A stretch of DNA of 248,000 bases from Hyalangium minutum (GCF_000737315.1 NZ_JMCB01000008.1:20001-268000), one strand, 5' to 3'; positions 153,913 through 164,222 are shown, counted from the stretch's first letter. A program made the numbers and translations. Notes: generated by a model from the sequence alone, not told the origin.

Positions 153913-154443
153913 TCAGACGCGGAAGGGACCCATTGAGCCCTCGGGCCAGACGACCCGAGGCTCCGCCCCTTCCGGCACGTGGGCGATGATGGCGCCCTCC
154001 AGGTAGCCCTCTTCCTCCAGGGCCTCGACGAGGGTGCGGACGGCGACCTCCGGCACCATGACTCGGCAGAAGACGTTCATCCGCCCAGGCTGGGTCTCAC
154101 CCCCCTCGACTTCGCCGTTGCCCGTCCAGCCGAGGATGTCGGTGAGCAGTTCCTCCACGGCGTTGCGCTTCTCGAAGTCGTGCCCCGTGCCCTTCCCCTG
154201 CACGGGGTACTGAATGACGAGCGGCGCCATGGCCTCCGGATCGGGCTCGTCGTAGCCCTCGTCCACGAGCGGCCCGGCGGCCTCCGCGAGCACCATGTCC
154301 GGGTCCTCTCCGGCGGGGGCTGAGATCGTCTGGTGCTGCCCCATCTCCCCGACGATCCCGTGGTGCACGGACAGCCCGTTGTCGTCCACCCACGCTTCCC
154401 AGTAGCGAAGCGTGTCCCCGTCCTTCTTGTAGAGCCTCAGCAC
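153913..154443 (-). CDS. Hypothetical protein
   Basis: WGR-like N-terminus. Confidence 0.5.
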   Translation of the reverse strand: MLRLYKKDGDTLRYWEAWVDDNGLSVHHGIVGEMGQHQTISAPAGEDPDMVLAEAAGPLVDEGYDEPDPEAMAPLVIQYPVQGKGTGHDFEKRNAVEELLTDILGWTGNGEVEGGETQPGRMNVFCRVMVPEVAVRTLVEALEEEGYLEGAIIAHVPEGAEPRVVWPEGSMGPFRV

Positions 154444-154468
154444 ACGAGCACCCTACCGCTCCCGCGCC

Positions 154469-155203
154469 TCAGATCTCCAGCAGCGCGAACCGTTGATCCG
154501 GCGTGTGCTTGGCCATCAGCGGCATGGCCACGTTGTAGACGGGGATGCCCGCGCGCGTCTTCCCCTCGCGCGTCCCGTGATGCGCGTGGCCATGGAACAC
154601 CGCCTCCGCCCGGTAGTGGTCAATCGGCATGGCGAGCCGGCTCGTCCCGAGGAAAGGCCGGATCTCGATGTTCTCCCCCTCCAGCGTCTCCGGAATGGGC
154701 GAGTAGTGCATGATGACCACCTTCTTCGGCGTGTCGAGGTGGCTCAGCGCCGCTTCCAGCTTGAGCGACTCGGACACCGCCTCCTGCACGAAGGACTTGG
154801 TCTGCCCCTCGCCGAACGCCTGCAGCGTGGCGTTGCCGAAGCCGCCGCCGAACCCCTTCACCCCCGCCACTCCGAGCACCTTCTCGAAGATGAAGTGGTC
154901 CCCATCCAGGATGTGGATCCCCACCTTGGCCAGCTCGGCGCAGATCTCCTTCACCTGGCCGTGCTCGTAGTCGTGGTTGCCCAGCACGGCGGCGCACGGG
155001 ACTCGCAGCGCAGAGAGCTCCTCGGCCAGGACCTTGCCCTCCTCCACCATGCCGCGATCCGTCAGATCGCCGCACAGCACGAGCATGTCCGCCGAGGCGT
155101 TCACCTGCTTCACGAGGAGCCGGAAGCGGCCGTGGTGGTCTTCCCGGCAGTGAAGATCACCGACTGCTGCCAACCGAATCTTCGAGTTGGGATCGCGTGC
155201 CAC
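154469..155203 (-). CDS. Metallophosphoesterase
   Basis: GDLH, GDL, GNHD, HGHAH. Confidence 0.88.
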   Translation of the reverse strand: MARDPNSKIRLAAVGDLHCREDHHGRFRLLVKQVNASADMLVLCGDLTDRGMVEEGKVLAEELSALRVPCAAVLGNHDYEHGQVKEICAELAKVGIHILDGDHFIFEKVLGVAGVKGFGGGFGNATLQAFGEGQTKSFVQEAVSESLKLEAALSHLDTPKKVVIMHYSPIPETLEGENIEIRPFLGTSRLAMPIDHYRAEAVFHGHAHHGTREGKTRAGIPVYNVAMPLMAKHTPDQRFALLEI

Positions 155204-156014
155204 GCTCTCCTCCGTCCTTTCGCTCGTGTTCGTCCCACTGCCGCCCGTCGCGGAATCCCCAGTGGTGGATGTCCACGTGGTAGTTCACCCGCGAGATCAG
155301 GTTGCCCCGGCAGATGCGCTCCTCCCAGTTGCCATCGCGCACCGTGTCCAGCGTGCGCGCCATCAGCTCCGCCATCACCCAGTCCGGGATGGTGTCGCGC
155401 TCGGACGGGTAGGCGTACCGGAACATCATCAGGTGGCTGAACAGCACCTCCCAGTACCGGTCGAAGCGGCGCATGAGCCGCTCCCAGTCCATCTTCCGCC
155501 CGGCCTTGAGGATGAGGTGGTTCACGTCCGATCCGTCATAGCGCTCGCGCTCGTTGACGAAGGCCTTGGACCAGATCATCTCCTCGGCGGGCGCCACCAG
155601 GCAGCGGTGGCCGAACACCGTGGAGGTAGGGGCGTGCTCGAACCACTCGTCGTCCACCACCGCCACCCCGTTGCCGGAGCTGAAGATGAAGTCGACGAAG
155701 TACTCGCCCTTGAAGGCCTTGTAGAGCCACACCTCGTCCGTGCGTTCGGTGCGCCAGCCGTCCAGTTCCAGCACCTCGAGCGCCCGGCCCGCATCGCGTT
155801 TGCGAGGGAAGAGGTCCAGGTCCTTCGTGTCGCGGTAGATGCCCGTGTACGTGGCGTAGGCGTAGGCTCCGCCAACGACGAACGGCACGCCCGCATCCAG
155901 GAGCAGCCCGACAGCCCTGGCCCTGGCGTTGATCTCGTCCGGGGCCCTGTCGCGCTCCGCCAGCATGGCATCCACACCCAGCTCTCCGGGGTGGTTCGGG
156001 TGTCTCTTTTCCAT
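155157..156014 (-). CDS. Nucleotidyltransferase family protein
   Basis: GG.A...Y....RDTKDLD. Confidence 0.78.
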   Translation of the reverse strand: MEKRHPNHPGELGVDAMLAERDRAPDEINARARAVGLLLDAGVPFVVGGAYAYATYTGIYRDTKDLDLFPRKRDAGRALEVLELDGWRTERTDEVWLYKAFKGEYFVDFIFSSGNGVAVVDDEWFEHAPTSTVFGHRCLVAPAEEMIWSKAFVNERERYDGSDVNHLILKAGRKMDWERLMRRFDRYWEVLFSHLMMFRYAYPSERDTIPDWVMAELMARTLDTVRDGNWEERICRGNLISRVNYHVDIHHWGFRDGRQWDEHERKDGGERGTRSQLEDSVGSSR

Positions 156015-156234
156015 AGGGCATAAGCTAGGGACGGGGAAATTTCCCCGTCGTACCAGACGGCGCGGAAGCCCGGTGAGCAGCCGAGCAGCCTCCAACTCAT
156101 CGGTTTTGCTGGGGATTTCCTCCCAGAAAATCGGCCAGAAAAGGCCGCTTTCTGTTTTTCGAGGGGGCTGTGTCCATGGGGACGCAAACACGCTGCACGG
156201 CCCCGCCGAGGGCCTCACTCGAAAGGAAGACCCC

Positions 156235-157230
156235 ATGTTCCGCAAGACCCTGATGCTGTGCGCCTCGCTCGCGATTGTCGGTTGTGGCAACACCCAGGAG
156301 GACGAGTTCCGCGACGGCCTGCCCTCCAAGGAGATGGTGACCGTGAAGGAGCCGGGCACCAGCGCGGGCCAGAAGCTCGAGGCCGAGGGCGGCGCGGTGT
156401 TCGCGTTCGACAAGGGCCAGACGAGCGACTTCTACAAGCTGACCCGCGGCGCCACAGTGAGCGTGAACCTCGGCACCGCGTTCGTACTCAACCTCATCGA
156501 GGAGGTGACGAAGCACACGCCCACCAGCATCGAGGGCGACGTCGCGGTGTGGGGCCCGTACACGGACGCGCTGAGCCCCAACACCTTCAAGGTCACCGTC
156601 ACCAAGACGGCCGAGAACGCCTACAGCTACAAGGTCGAGGGCAAGGCGAAGACGGCGGCGGACACGGAGTTCAAGACGATCATCTCCGGCTCGCACACCA
156701 TTGCCACGGACGAGCTGGGCAACCGCCTGCGCAACTACGGCTCCGGCAACATCCAGCTGGACTGGGACGCGGCGCAGACGCTCCCCGAGCACGGCGATGA
156801 GCTGGGTACCGCCGCCATCCGCTACTCGAGGCCGGACGCCAAGGCACAGGCCACGGTGGAGGCCGACTTCCGCAACGTCGAGGATGACGAGCGGCCCGGC
156901 ACCCGCGTGAACGCCGACTACCGCTACAAGGAGACGCCGGGCGCTGGTGGCGAGTTCGAGTTCGGCCTGGACAAGAACTTCGACACGGAGCCGGCCCGCT
157001 CGAAGATCGAGCACCTGACCATCAAGAGCCGCTGGGCTCAGACGGGCGCCGGCCGGGCGGACGTGAAGATCTCCGGCGGCGACTACCTGATCGCCTCGGC
157101 CACGGCCAGCGAGTGCTGGGACGCCAACTTCGCCAGCCAGTTCCTGATTGCGAGCTGGGTGACCGCGCCCGTGTACGGGGACGTGTCCGCCTGCGGCAGC
157201 TTCTCGGTGGCGCTCTACTCTTCTCTGTAA
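156235..157230 (+). CDS. Beta-rich lipoprotein
   Basis: IVGC lipobox. Confidence 0.7.
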   Translation: MFRKTLMLCASLAIVGCGNTQEDEFRDGLPSKEMVTVKEPGTSAGQKLEAEGGAVFAFDKGQTSDFYKLTRGATVSVNLGTAFVLNLIEEVTKHTPTSIEGDVAVWGPYTDALSPNTFKVTVTKTAENAYSYKVEGKAKTAADTEFKTIISGSHTIATDELGNRLRNYGSGNIQLDWDAAQTLPEHGDELGTAAIRYSRPDAKAQATVEADFRNVEDDERPGTRVNADYRYKETPGAGGEFEFGLDKNFDTEPARSKIEHLTIKSRWAQTGAGRADVKISGGDYLIASATASECWDANFASQFLIASWVTAPVYGDVSACGSFSVALYSSL

Positions 157231-157254
157231 TCCGCGCATTAGACTGCGCGCGCC

Positions 157255-157794
157255 ATGGGAACGAGCCAGCCGGTCCTGAGAGTCATCCAGGGTGGTCCTA
157301 CCGAGGACCGGCGGGCGTTTCTCCAAGAGCTGTACACGAAGTATGGCGGCAGCGTCCTCGGGCGCTGCCGCTACCTGTTGAAGGACGCATCGAAGGCCGA
157401 GGACGCGATGCACGACGTGTTCGCCCGCGCCCTCACTCACTCGGACGGGTTCCGCTCCGAGGCCTCGCCGCTGACATGGTTGATGAAGATCGCCACGAAC
157501 CACTGCCTGAACCAGATCCGATCGGAGCGTGCGGGCTGGCGCAGCTGGTTCCAGCGGGAAGAGGCGGCGAAGCCAGAGGGGCACGGGGGCCCCCAGAGCA
157601 TGGAGACGCGGGACCTGGTGCGGAGGTTGCTGTCGCGGGTGGATGTGGAGACGCAGGCAGCGGTCATCCACTACCACGTGGACGGGATGACGCTGGAGGA
157701 AGTGGCCGCGGCGTTGGGGCGCTCAGTGCCCACGGTGCGCAAGCGGCTGGAGAGTTTCGCCGAGCTGGGCGGAGAAGAGTTGAGGGTCCGATGA
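157255..157794 (+). CDS. ECF sigma factor
   Basis: AEDAMHDVF, TWLMKIATNHC, region 4. Confidence 0.88.
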   Translation: MGTSQPVLRVIQGGPTEDRRAFLQELYTKYGGSVLGRCRYLLKDASKAEDAMHDVFARALTHSDGFRSEASPLTWLMKIATNHCLNQIRSERAGWRSWFQREEAAKPEGHGGPQSMETRDLVRRLLSRVDVETQAAVIHYHVDGMTLEEVAAALGRSVPTVRKRLESFAELGGEELRVR

Positions 157795-158576
157795 GCGCGC
157801 ACCTTTCAGAGCACCCCTCCGAGTGGACGCTGCGCCGCCTGCACGCTGGCGAGCTGCCAACCCCAGAGGCAACCCGGGCCCGAACCCACGCCGCCGAGTG
157901 CGAGCAGTGCGGCGCCGTGCTCCGCGCGGCCGAGGAGGCCCAGCGCCAGTTCGAAGCCGCCACCCCCTTCGAGCGCTTCGAGGAGGGAGTGAAGCGGGCG
158001 GAGGAGAAGTCCCGGAAGGAGGAGTTGGCCCGCCGGGGCTCGGCTCAGCGGTGGATGGGGCCGGTGGTGGCCCTGGCAGCCACGGTGCTGCTGGTGGTGG
158101 CGGTGCGGCCCCTGCTGGCGACGAGCACGGGGTCCGGGGTGCGGACGAAGGGCGGCGCGGTGGCGGAGCTGCGCATCGGTGGCGGCGAGGGCACGCAGCG
158201 GATGGCTCGGACGAACACTCCCGAGCCGCTGGCCCCGGGCGAGCGCGTGCGGATTGGCTACACGCCAGACACGCGCCGGTACGTGCTGGCGCTGTCGATT
158301 GACTCGGCCGGTGAGGTGACGCCGCTCTACCCCGAGACGGGCGAGAGCCTGCCAGTGAAGCCGGGAGCGGGCACGCACTGGCTGCCGGACAGCATCGAGT
158401 TCACCGGCTCGGGCGCCGAGCGCGTGGTGGTGCTGCTAAGCGACGCTCCGGTGAAGGTGGAAGATGCCACCGCGGCGGCGCGCGAGGCCTTCGAGGCGGT
158501 GGGGAGGGACGTGGCGAAGCTGCCTCCACTGAGCGTGGACGGCGACCAGACGCACTGGATGCTGCTCAAGCCATGA
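157791..158576 (+). CDS. Anti-sigma factor: ZAS, TM, DUF4384-like periplasmic domain
   Basis: HAAECEQC; TM; RTKGG. Confidence 0.75.
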   Translation: MSAHLSEHPSEWTLRRLHAGELPTPEATRARTHAAECEQCGAVLRAAEEAQRQFEAATPFERFEEGVKRAEEKSRKEELARRGSAQRWMGPVVALAATVLLVVAVRPLLATSTGSGVRTKGGAVAELRIGGGEGTQRMARTNTPEPLAPGERVRIGYTPDTRRYVLALSIDSAGEVTPLYPETGESLPVKPGAGTHWLPDSIEFTGSGAERVVVLLSDAPVKVEDATAAAREAFEAVGRDVAKLPPLSVDGDQTHWMLLKP

Positions 158577-160177
158577 GGTGCTCGAGGCGACAGCTGGGCG
158601 CCCTTACCCTGGGGTTGCTGCTGGCCACCGCCGCGCAGGCGGAGCCGCTGCGCCGCTTTGCCCTCATCATCGGCAATGACGAGGGCGGCTCGGACACCCG
158701 GCCCCTGAGCTACGCCCGAGAGGACGCGCGCAAGATGCACGGGCTCCTGTCGCGGCTGGGCGGAGTCTCCCCCTCGGACTCGCGGCTGCTGTTGAACGAC
158801 GACGCCCAGGACGTGCTCTCCGCGCTGGCGAACCTGGAGGCCCGCATCCAGGCAGCCCGGACCCGGGGCGAGCGCACCGCGCTGCTCGTCTACTACTCGG
158901 GCCACGCGAAGGACGGCGCGCTGCGGCTGGGAGACACACGGCTGCCCTTCGACACGTTCAAGAAGCGGCTGGCGGACGCTCCGGCGGACATCCGCATCGC
159001 CATCCTGGACTCGTGCCGCTCGGGCGCACTGACGCGGACCAAGGGTGCCCGGCGCGCGCCCGCCTTCGAGATCGACTCCGGGGCTACGCGGGACGCACGG
159101 GGCCTGGTGATCCTCACCTCCAGCTCAGCGGACGAGGACTCGCAGGAGTCAGATGTGATCGGCGGCAGCTACTTCTCCCACCACCTGACGAGCGGGCTCC
159201 TGGGAGATGCGGATCGCTCTGGCGACGGGCAGGTGACGCTCTTCGAGGCGTACTCGCACGCGTACGATCGGACGGTGGCGGACACGGCGGGCAGCAGCGC
159301 GGGGCCGCAGCACCCCACGTTCAGCTACGACCTCGCGGGCAACGGGGACCTGGTGCTCACGAACCTGCGCACCTCCGAGGGGCTGGTGGTGCCTCGCTCG
159401 GCGCCAGGAGGGGCCTATTACTTCGTGAATCCGAGCGGACTGGTGGTGGCGGAGCTGGAGAAGGCGCCAGAGACAGAGCGGCGGGTGGCGCTCGCGCCGG
159501 GCACGTACCGGGTGAAGCGCCGCCTGGAGGATCGGCTGCGCATCGGCGAGGTGGAGGTCCGTCGCGGACAGGAGACCGTGCTGGAGGAGTTCCGGTTTCG
159601 CGATGCGCCCTTCTCGGACGATCCGGTGAAGGGAGGCCGCGGACGGGGCTCCTTCTGGACCGTGGGGCTGACGGGCGGCTACCACTCCTTCTTCGATCGG
159701 GACATCCGCGAGTCCCTGTTCCTCTCCGTGCCCCTGGTGGGCGGCGAGGTGAACCTCCACAACTACTTCCGCGAGGACTGGGTGTGGGGCTTCGACGTGG
159801 CGCTGGGAGGCCGCGCCGCGAAGCTGAGCCTGGAGAACCTGTCGGGCGCGAGCTACCGCTACTCGGTGCTCAACCTGGGCACCTCCCTGACCGCCGAGTG
159901 GCACGTGGGAGACCTGGCTCCCTTCGCGGGCGCGCGGCTCGCGTACCTTTATATGGGCCGCAAGTTCGACGGCGGGGTGTTCCCGGATCAGTTCTACGCG
160001 ACGTTCTCTCCCGGACTGGTGGCGGGCCTGCGCTATCGGCTGCTGCGCAGTCTGCACCTCACCGGGCGCGGCCGGCTGCACTACCTCACCTATAACGTCC
160101 ACGAAGAAGGCACCGAGAACAGCAACAGCTCCCTGGGCTACTGGGAGCTGTCGGCCCTGGTGACCTATGAGCTCTAA
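158573..160177 (+). CDS. Exported caspase-family (C14) protease with beta-barrel-like C-terminus
   Basis: YYSGH, ILDSC dyad; signal peptide. Confidence 0.85.
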   Translation: MRCSRRQLGALTLGLLLATAAQAEPLRRFALIIGNDEGGSDTRPLSYAREDARKMHGLLSRLGGVSPSDSRLLLNDDAQDVLSALANLEARIQAARTRGERTALLVYYSGHAKDGALRLGDTRLPFDTFKKRLADAPADIRIAILDSCRSGALTRTKGARRAPAFEIDSGATRDARGLVILTSSSADEDSQESDVIGGSYFSHHLTSGLLGDADRSGDGQVTLFEAYSHAYDRTVADTAGSSAGPQHPTFSYDLAGNGDLVLTNLRTSEGLVVPRSAPGGAYYFVNPSGLVVAELEKAPETERRVALAPGTYRVKRRLEDRLRIGEVEVRRGQETVLEEFRFRDAPFSDDPVKGGRGRGSFWTVGLTGGYHSFFDRDIRESLFLSVPLVGGEVNLHNYFREDWVWGFDVALGGRAAKLSLENLSGASYRYSVLNLGTSLTAEWHVGDLAPFAGARLAYLYMGRKFDGGVFPDQFYATFSPGLVAGLRYRLLRSLHLTGRGRLHYLTYNVHEEGTENSNSSLGYWELSALVTYEL

Positions 160178-160187
160178 GGAGCGCGCG

Positions 160188-161144
160188 ATGCGAAACCTCT
160201 GGCCCGCACTCCTCTGTCTCCTGGCCGCGTGCGGCGGCAACTTCTCCAACGAGGACCTCGAGTATCTCAACGCCCTGCCCTCGCGCGAAGCGCTCGCCAG
160301 CAAGCTGCCCGAGAGCAGCGCGAGCACGATCGGCGGAGGCCTGGCGCAGCGCCGGGATCAGCTCGCGCTGGGAGACGTCTCCCAGCTCTACGTGGACACA
160401 CGGAAGGCCTCCACGGACTTCAACGCCTCGGTGGATGGGCTGCTGAGCCTGCTGGAGAACATCCGCACCGTGCCACCCACCACGCGCGAGCCAGACCGGC
160501 GTACCTGGGGCCCGTGGAGGGACGACGCCCATCCAGGCAACGACGTGCGCTTCGTGATGGATCGCGCGGGAGATTTCTTCGAGTACCACCTCGACTACAA
160601 GCCCTCATCGGCCTCCGCTGAGGACGCCTGGTGGACCTTCCTGGAGGGCTCTTTCAAGGCGGACGCGGGCATCCGCGTGGGCGAGGGCAAGTTGCACCTG
160701 CTCATCGATGTCGCGCTGGCCCATGGCCTCAACGTGGGCGAGCTGCGGACCCTCAAGCGGCTGGACATCGACTACCAGAACAAAGCGCTCCCCACGCTCG
160801 TGGAGATGAGCTTCACCTCGCAGCCTGTGCCGCCCCTGAGCTCCCAGCAGGTTCGCTACACCTACCGCGAGCTGACCGGTGGCCTGGGGGAGATGCGCTT
160901 CCTGCTGAAGGAAACGGACGCCGTGCCGGGCAATCTGCTCGAGGACGTGGAGATCACCAGTCGTTGGACGTCAAACAGTGGCGGTGTGGCCACCTTCGTC
161001 ATCCTTCGCGGGGACCTCATGGGCGCCAGCTACAAAGAATGCTGGGACGCCCAGAACCACATCACCTTCGCCAAGAGGAGCTGGGAGTTCTTCGGGATTG
161101 GCAAAGCCAGCGATTGTCCGAACCTTTCAGCCTTTGACAATTGA
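160188..161144 (+). CDS. Beta-rich lipoprotein
   Basis: LAAC lipobox; resembles 156235. Confidence 0.7.
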   Translation: MRNLWPALLCLLAACGGNFSNEDLEYLNALPSREALASKLPESSASTIGGGLAQRRDQLALGDVSQLYVDTRKASTDFNASVDGLLSLLENIRTVPPTTREPDRRTWGPWRDDAHPGNDVRFVMDRAGDFFEYHLDYKPSSASAEDAWWTFLEGSFKADAGIRVGEGKLHLLIDVALAHGLNVGELRTLKRLDIDYQNKALPTLVEMSFTSQPVPPLSSQQVRYTYRELTGGLGEMRFLLKETDAVPGNLLEDVEITSRWTSNSGGVATFVILRGDLMGASYKECWDAQNHITFAKRSWEFFGIGKASDCPNLSAFDN

Positions 161145-161289
161145 GTGGAAATTGACGCGGAGCGGCACTGTTGTCTGAGAAAAGGTTGGCTGTTGTCAGA
161201 GGCGCTTGTTAGGCAGGCAGCCCCCGCGCTCCATGCCCTTGCCTATGGCACCCCTAGTTGGCGCTGGGACAACCTCTGGAGGTTACACA

Positions 161290-161739
161290 ATGAAGGCGAA
161301 TCGTCTTTTCATCGCGTGTGTGGCGGCCCTCTCTCTCGTGGCGTGCGGTGGCGGCACCGAGCTGACCGCAGTGCTGTCGGGCGCGGCGGAGAAGCCCAGC
161401 GCGGTGACCACCACCGGCAGCGGCAGCACGGACGTCACGGTGGACGGCAAGAAGATCGAGGTGACTGGCAGCTTCAAGGACCTCAGCGGCAACGCCACGG
161501 CGGCCCACATCCACGGCCCGGCCGATGCGAGCAGCACCGCGGGCGTCTTCTGCAACCTGACCGTGCCGGCCGCCGCCAGCGGCTCCATCACCACGGACAA
161601 GAACGCCGGTTCTTGCGGGGCCATTGAGCTGACCGAAGCCCAGGTGGCCGACTTCGAGGCCGGCAAGTACTACATCAACATCCACACCGCCGCGAACGCG
161701 AACGGCGAGATCCGCGGCCAGCTGATCAAGAAGGAGTAG
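161290..161739 (+). CDS. CHRD-domain lipoprotein
   Basis: LVAC; AAHIHG, YINIHT..GEIRGQL. Confidence 0.8.
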   Translation: MKANRLFIACVAALSLVACGGGTELTAVLSGAAEKPSAVTTTGSGSTDVTVDGKKIEVTGSFKDLSGNATAAHIHGPADASSTAGVFCNLTVPAAASGSITTDKNAGSCGAIELTEAQVADFEAGKYYINIHTAANANGEIRGQLIKKE

Positions 161740-161879
161740 CGGAAGGGGGCCTCCTGGCCCCTCTGGGGCAGGCCGGGCTGCCGCTTGCTCGCCTGCCCCA
161801 CCCCGTTGTCCTTCCTTGACTCGGCCTTGCCTGCTCTTTAGGTTCCGGTCCTTCCTCAAGAGAAGCCTGAAGGATCGCC

Positions 161880-162170
161880 ATGGCCCGTATCACCGTCGAA
161901 GACTGCCTCCCCCTCGTCGACAACCGCTTCGCCCTGGTGCTGCTCGGCGCCAAGCGCGCCCGCCAGCTCATGGCCGGCGCCCGCCCCATCATCGAGATCT
162001 CCAAGAACAAGCCCCCCGTGCTCTCCCTCCGGGAGGTGGCCACTGGCCGCGTGAAGTTCGACCGCGACGTGCGCGAGGCGCTGTCCGGCAAGTACTCCGC
162101 GGACGAGGCCAAGGCCGCTGCCGCTCCGGCCGCTCCTCCGGCCGCGCCGACGCTGCCCCCCTCTGTCTGA
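161880..162170 (+). CDS. rpoZ: RNA polymerase omega subunit
   Basis: [21 protein letters not shown]. Confidence 0.96.
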   Translation: MARITVEDCLPLVDNRFALVLLGAKRARQLMAGARPIIEISKNKPPVLSLREVATGRVKFDRDVREALSGKYSADEAKAAAAPAAPPAAPTLPPSV

Positions 162171-162197
162171 GCCCGGCTCCCTCTGGGAGCCCTTGAC

Positions 162198-162644
162198 TCA
162201 CTTGGGGGGAATCGAGTCTCCCGCGCGCAGCAGCTTCACCGCGCGCGCGGCGATGGACTTCTCCCCCTTGTAGCCCAGCATCGGGACGAGCTGTACCAGC
162301 GGTACCCACCGCGCCTCGTCCACCTCCACACGCGGCCCCGGCGGCAGCACTCCCAGCTCCCCGGACAGGTAGCGGAAGAGGAAGAAGTGGACGCGCTTGA
162401 AGATGCGCTGTCCGCGGAACTGGTAGACGTAGCGGATCTCCCCCAGTGACGAGAGGAGACTGGCCGTGAGGCCCGTCTCCTCGCGCACCTCGCGGGTGGC
162501 GGTCTGCTCGGGCGTCTCGCCGGGATCCACGTGTCCCTTGGGCAGCGCCCACAGGGAGCGGCCGTGGGGGCGGATCACCGCCACCTCCCAGCTCCCCGCA
162601 TTCTCGCGGATGACTATTCCTCCGGCGGACGCCTCGCGCGGCAT
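162198..162644 (-). CDS. NUDIX hydrolase
   Basis: PKG...GE..TA.REV.EETG. Confidence 0.9.
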   Translation of the reverse strand: MPREASAGGIVIRENAGSWEVAVIRPHGRSLWALPKGHVDPGETPEQTATREVREETGLTASLLSSLGEIRYVYQFRGQRIFKRVHFFLFRYLSGELGVLPPGPRVEVDEARWVPLVQLVPMLGYKGEKSIAARAVKLLRAGDSIPPK

Positions 162645-162682
162645 ACGGGGAGCACCCTACCCCGAAGTGAACCGCCCGTGGC

Positions 162683-163330
162683 CTACATCCCGCTGGAGAA
162701 GTGCCGCAGCTTCGCCTCCGCACCGAGCCGGTAGGCGTACCGAAGGTCGGACAGCAGCCTATCCAGCCGCCGTCCGGCCACATGCCCCATCAGCCGGGTG
162801 CAGAACGAGCGGGACAGCCGGTTGGCCTCCTCGTACCGCCAGCGCTCCTGGGTGGACAGCCGGGGCCGGTAGGAGACGCGCTCGAACAGGCGCCGCCGCA
162901 GCTCCTCGGACCAGGCCTTCACACCCTCGCCCCAGCGGTGCAGCAGGCAGACGGCGAACTTGTCCACCTCGGCCTGGGCCTCCAGTTCCAGCAGCGACAG
163001 AGCCCGCCCGTGGGCTGCCGTATGCGCCACATAGAGGAAGTGAGAGACACCCTCGGCCAGCTGGCAGTACCCATCGAGATCGCCATCGAGGATGTGGCCC
163101 ACGGGGCCCGCCTCGTAGGGCTTGAGCCGATCCAGCAGCGAGGGCGCCAGGTAGAGGGCCAGCTCCAGTTCCTCCTCCCCAGCCCCTCCGGCGACCAGCA
163201 GCTCCTCCTCCGCGCGCCCGGTGGATCCCAGCTGCACGGCGGCCTCCCGGTCCACCACGAAGGTCTCTGCCCGCGCCTCGCAGGTGATGCCGTAGATGGC
163301 CTCCAGGTGCTCCTGGATCCGACCGATCAT
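162683..163330 (-). CDS. Conserved hypothetical protein (peptidase-like EG.SHF motif)
   Basis: AEGVSHF, LELQAEVDK. Confidence 0.55.
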   Translation of the reverse strand: MIGRIQEHLEAIYGITCEARAETFVVDREAAVQLGSTGRAEEELLVAGGAGEEELELALYLAPSLLDRLKPYEAGPVGHILDGDLDGYCQLAEGVSHFLYVAHTAAHGRALSLLELEAQAEVDKFAVCLLHRWGEGVKAWSEELRRRLFERVSYRPRLSTQERWRYEEANRLSRSFCTRLMGHVAGRRLDRLLSDLRYAYRLGAEAKLRHFSSGM

Positions 163331-163342
163331 GCGTGCTCCCGG

Positions 163343-163948
163343 CTAGTTGGGCAGATTCCCTTTGGGCGTCAGCATCCCCGCGTCCACCAGCACCCGCTCC
163401 AGCTTGTTGCTGCCGGTGCGCACCCACGTCTCGTACACCTTCAGAGTGCCCGTGGGCCCGCCCTGCACCATGCCGCGCGCGGAGATCTCCTCCAGCACGT
163501 CCACCAGGGCCCGGAACTTGGAGCACAGCTCGCGGTACACGTCCGCGAACCCCGCGCCGGGAGACAGATCGGCCACCTGCCCGTATGCCGTCCCGCCCAT
163601 CTGGATGTAGTAGTCCGGCCCCACCACGCTGCTCTGCAGGGCGCCCGCGAAGAACCCGGCCTTGTAGAGCGAGACGTCCCCCAGACGCCTCAGCGTCCGG
163701 ATGCGCTCTTCGCGATCTTGCTGCAGCGCCCGGTGGTACATCACCGCCAGCGGCTCGTGGTCCTTGCGCCCCTCCTGCTCCTGGCTGAACAGCTTGTCAC
163801 TGGCCGCAAACTCGGAGAGCAGGTTGACGAGGTAGAACTCCGTCATCTCCGCGATGACTACGCGCTGACGGCGAATGACTTCGCCCAGTATCGACTTGAA
163901 GAACTCCTTCAAAGAAGAACCAGTCACCAGTTCACTCATCGACATCAC
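163343..163948 (-). CDS. Conserved hypothetical protein
   Basis: LGDVSLY.AGFF, YYI.MG..AY. Confidence 0.6.
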   Translation of the reverse strand: MMSMSELVTGSSLKEFFKSILGEVIRRQRVVIAEMTEFYLVNLLSEFAASDKLFSQEQEGRKDHEPLAVMYHRALQQDREERIRTLRRLGDVSLYKAGFFAGALQSSVVGPDYYIQMGGTAYGQVADLSPGAGFADVYRELCSKFRALVDVLEEISARGMVQGGPTGTLKVYETWVRTGSNKLERVLVDAGMLTPKGNLPN

Positions 163949-164039
163949 CTCCGTCTCCCAGTGACGGGAGCTACCCCAAAAGGGTAGCAGCGGACGTTTT
164001 TGCCCGCAAAAGAGACCCCAGTCTTTTCAGACACTTACG

Positions 164040-164066
164040 CTGGCACTCTCCCTGGGAGAGTGCCAA
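164040..164066. promoter_or_regulatory. CIRCE-like element (HrcA operator)
   Basis: CTGGCACTC-N9-GAGTGCCAA. Confidence 0.75.
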
Positions 164067-164222
164067 TTCCCGCAGGTGTGACCGGCGCGCGGCCGAGGCG
164101 GCTCCGAGCGGTGGCCTGCTGAAAAAAGGCAGTCAGGACGGCTGGTTAACGAAGCACAAGGACTCGCGTCGGGGTCGCTTGACGAGGTGACTTCCCTGGT
164201 TATTATCCGGCGCGCTTGAGCC

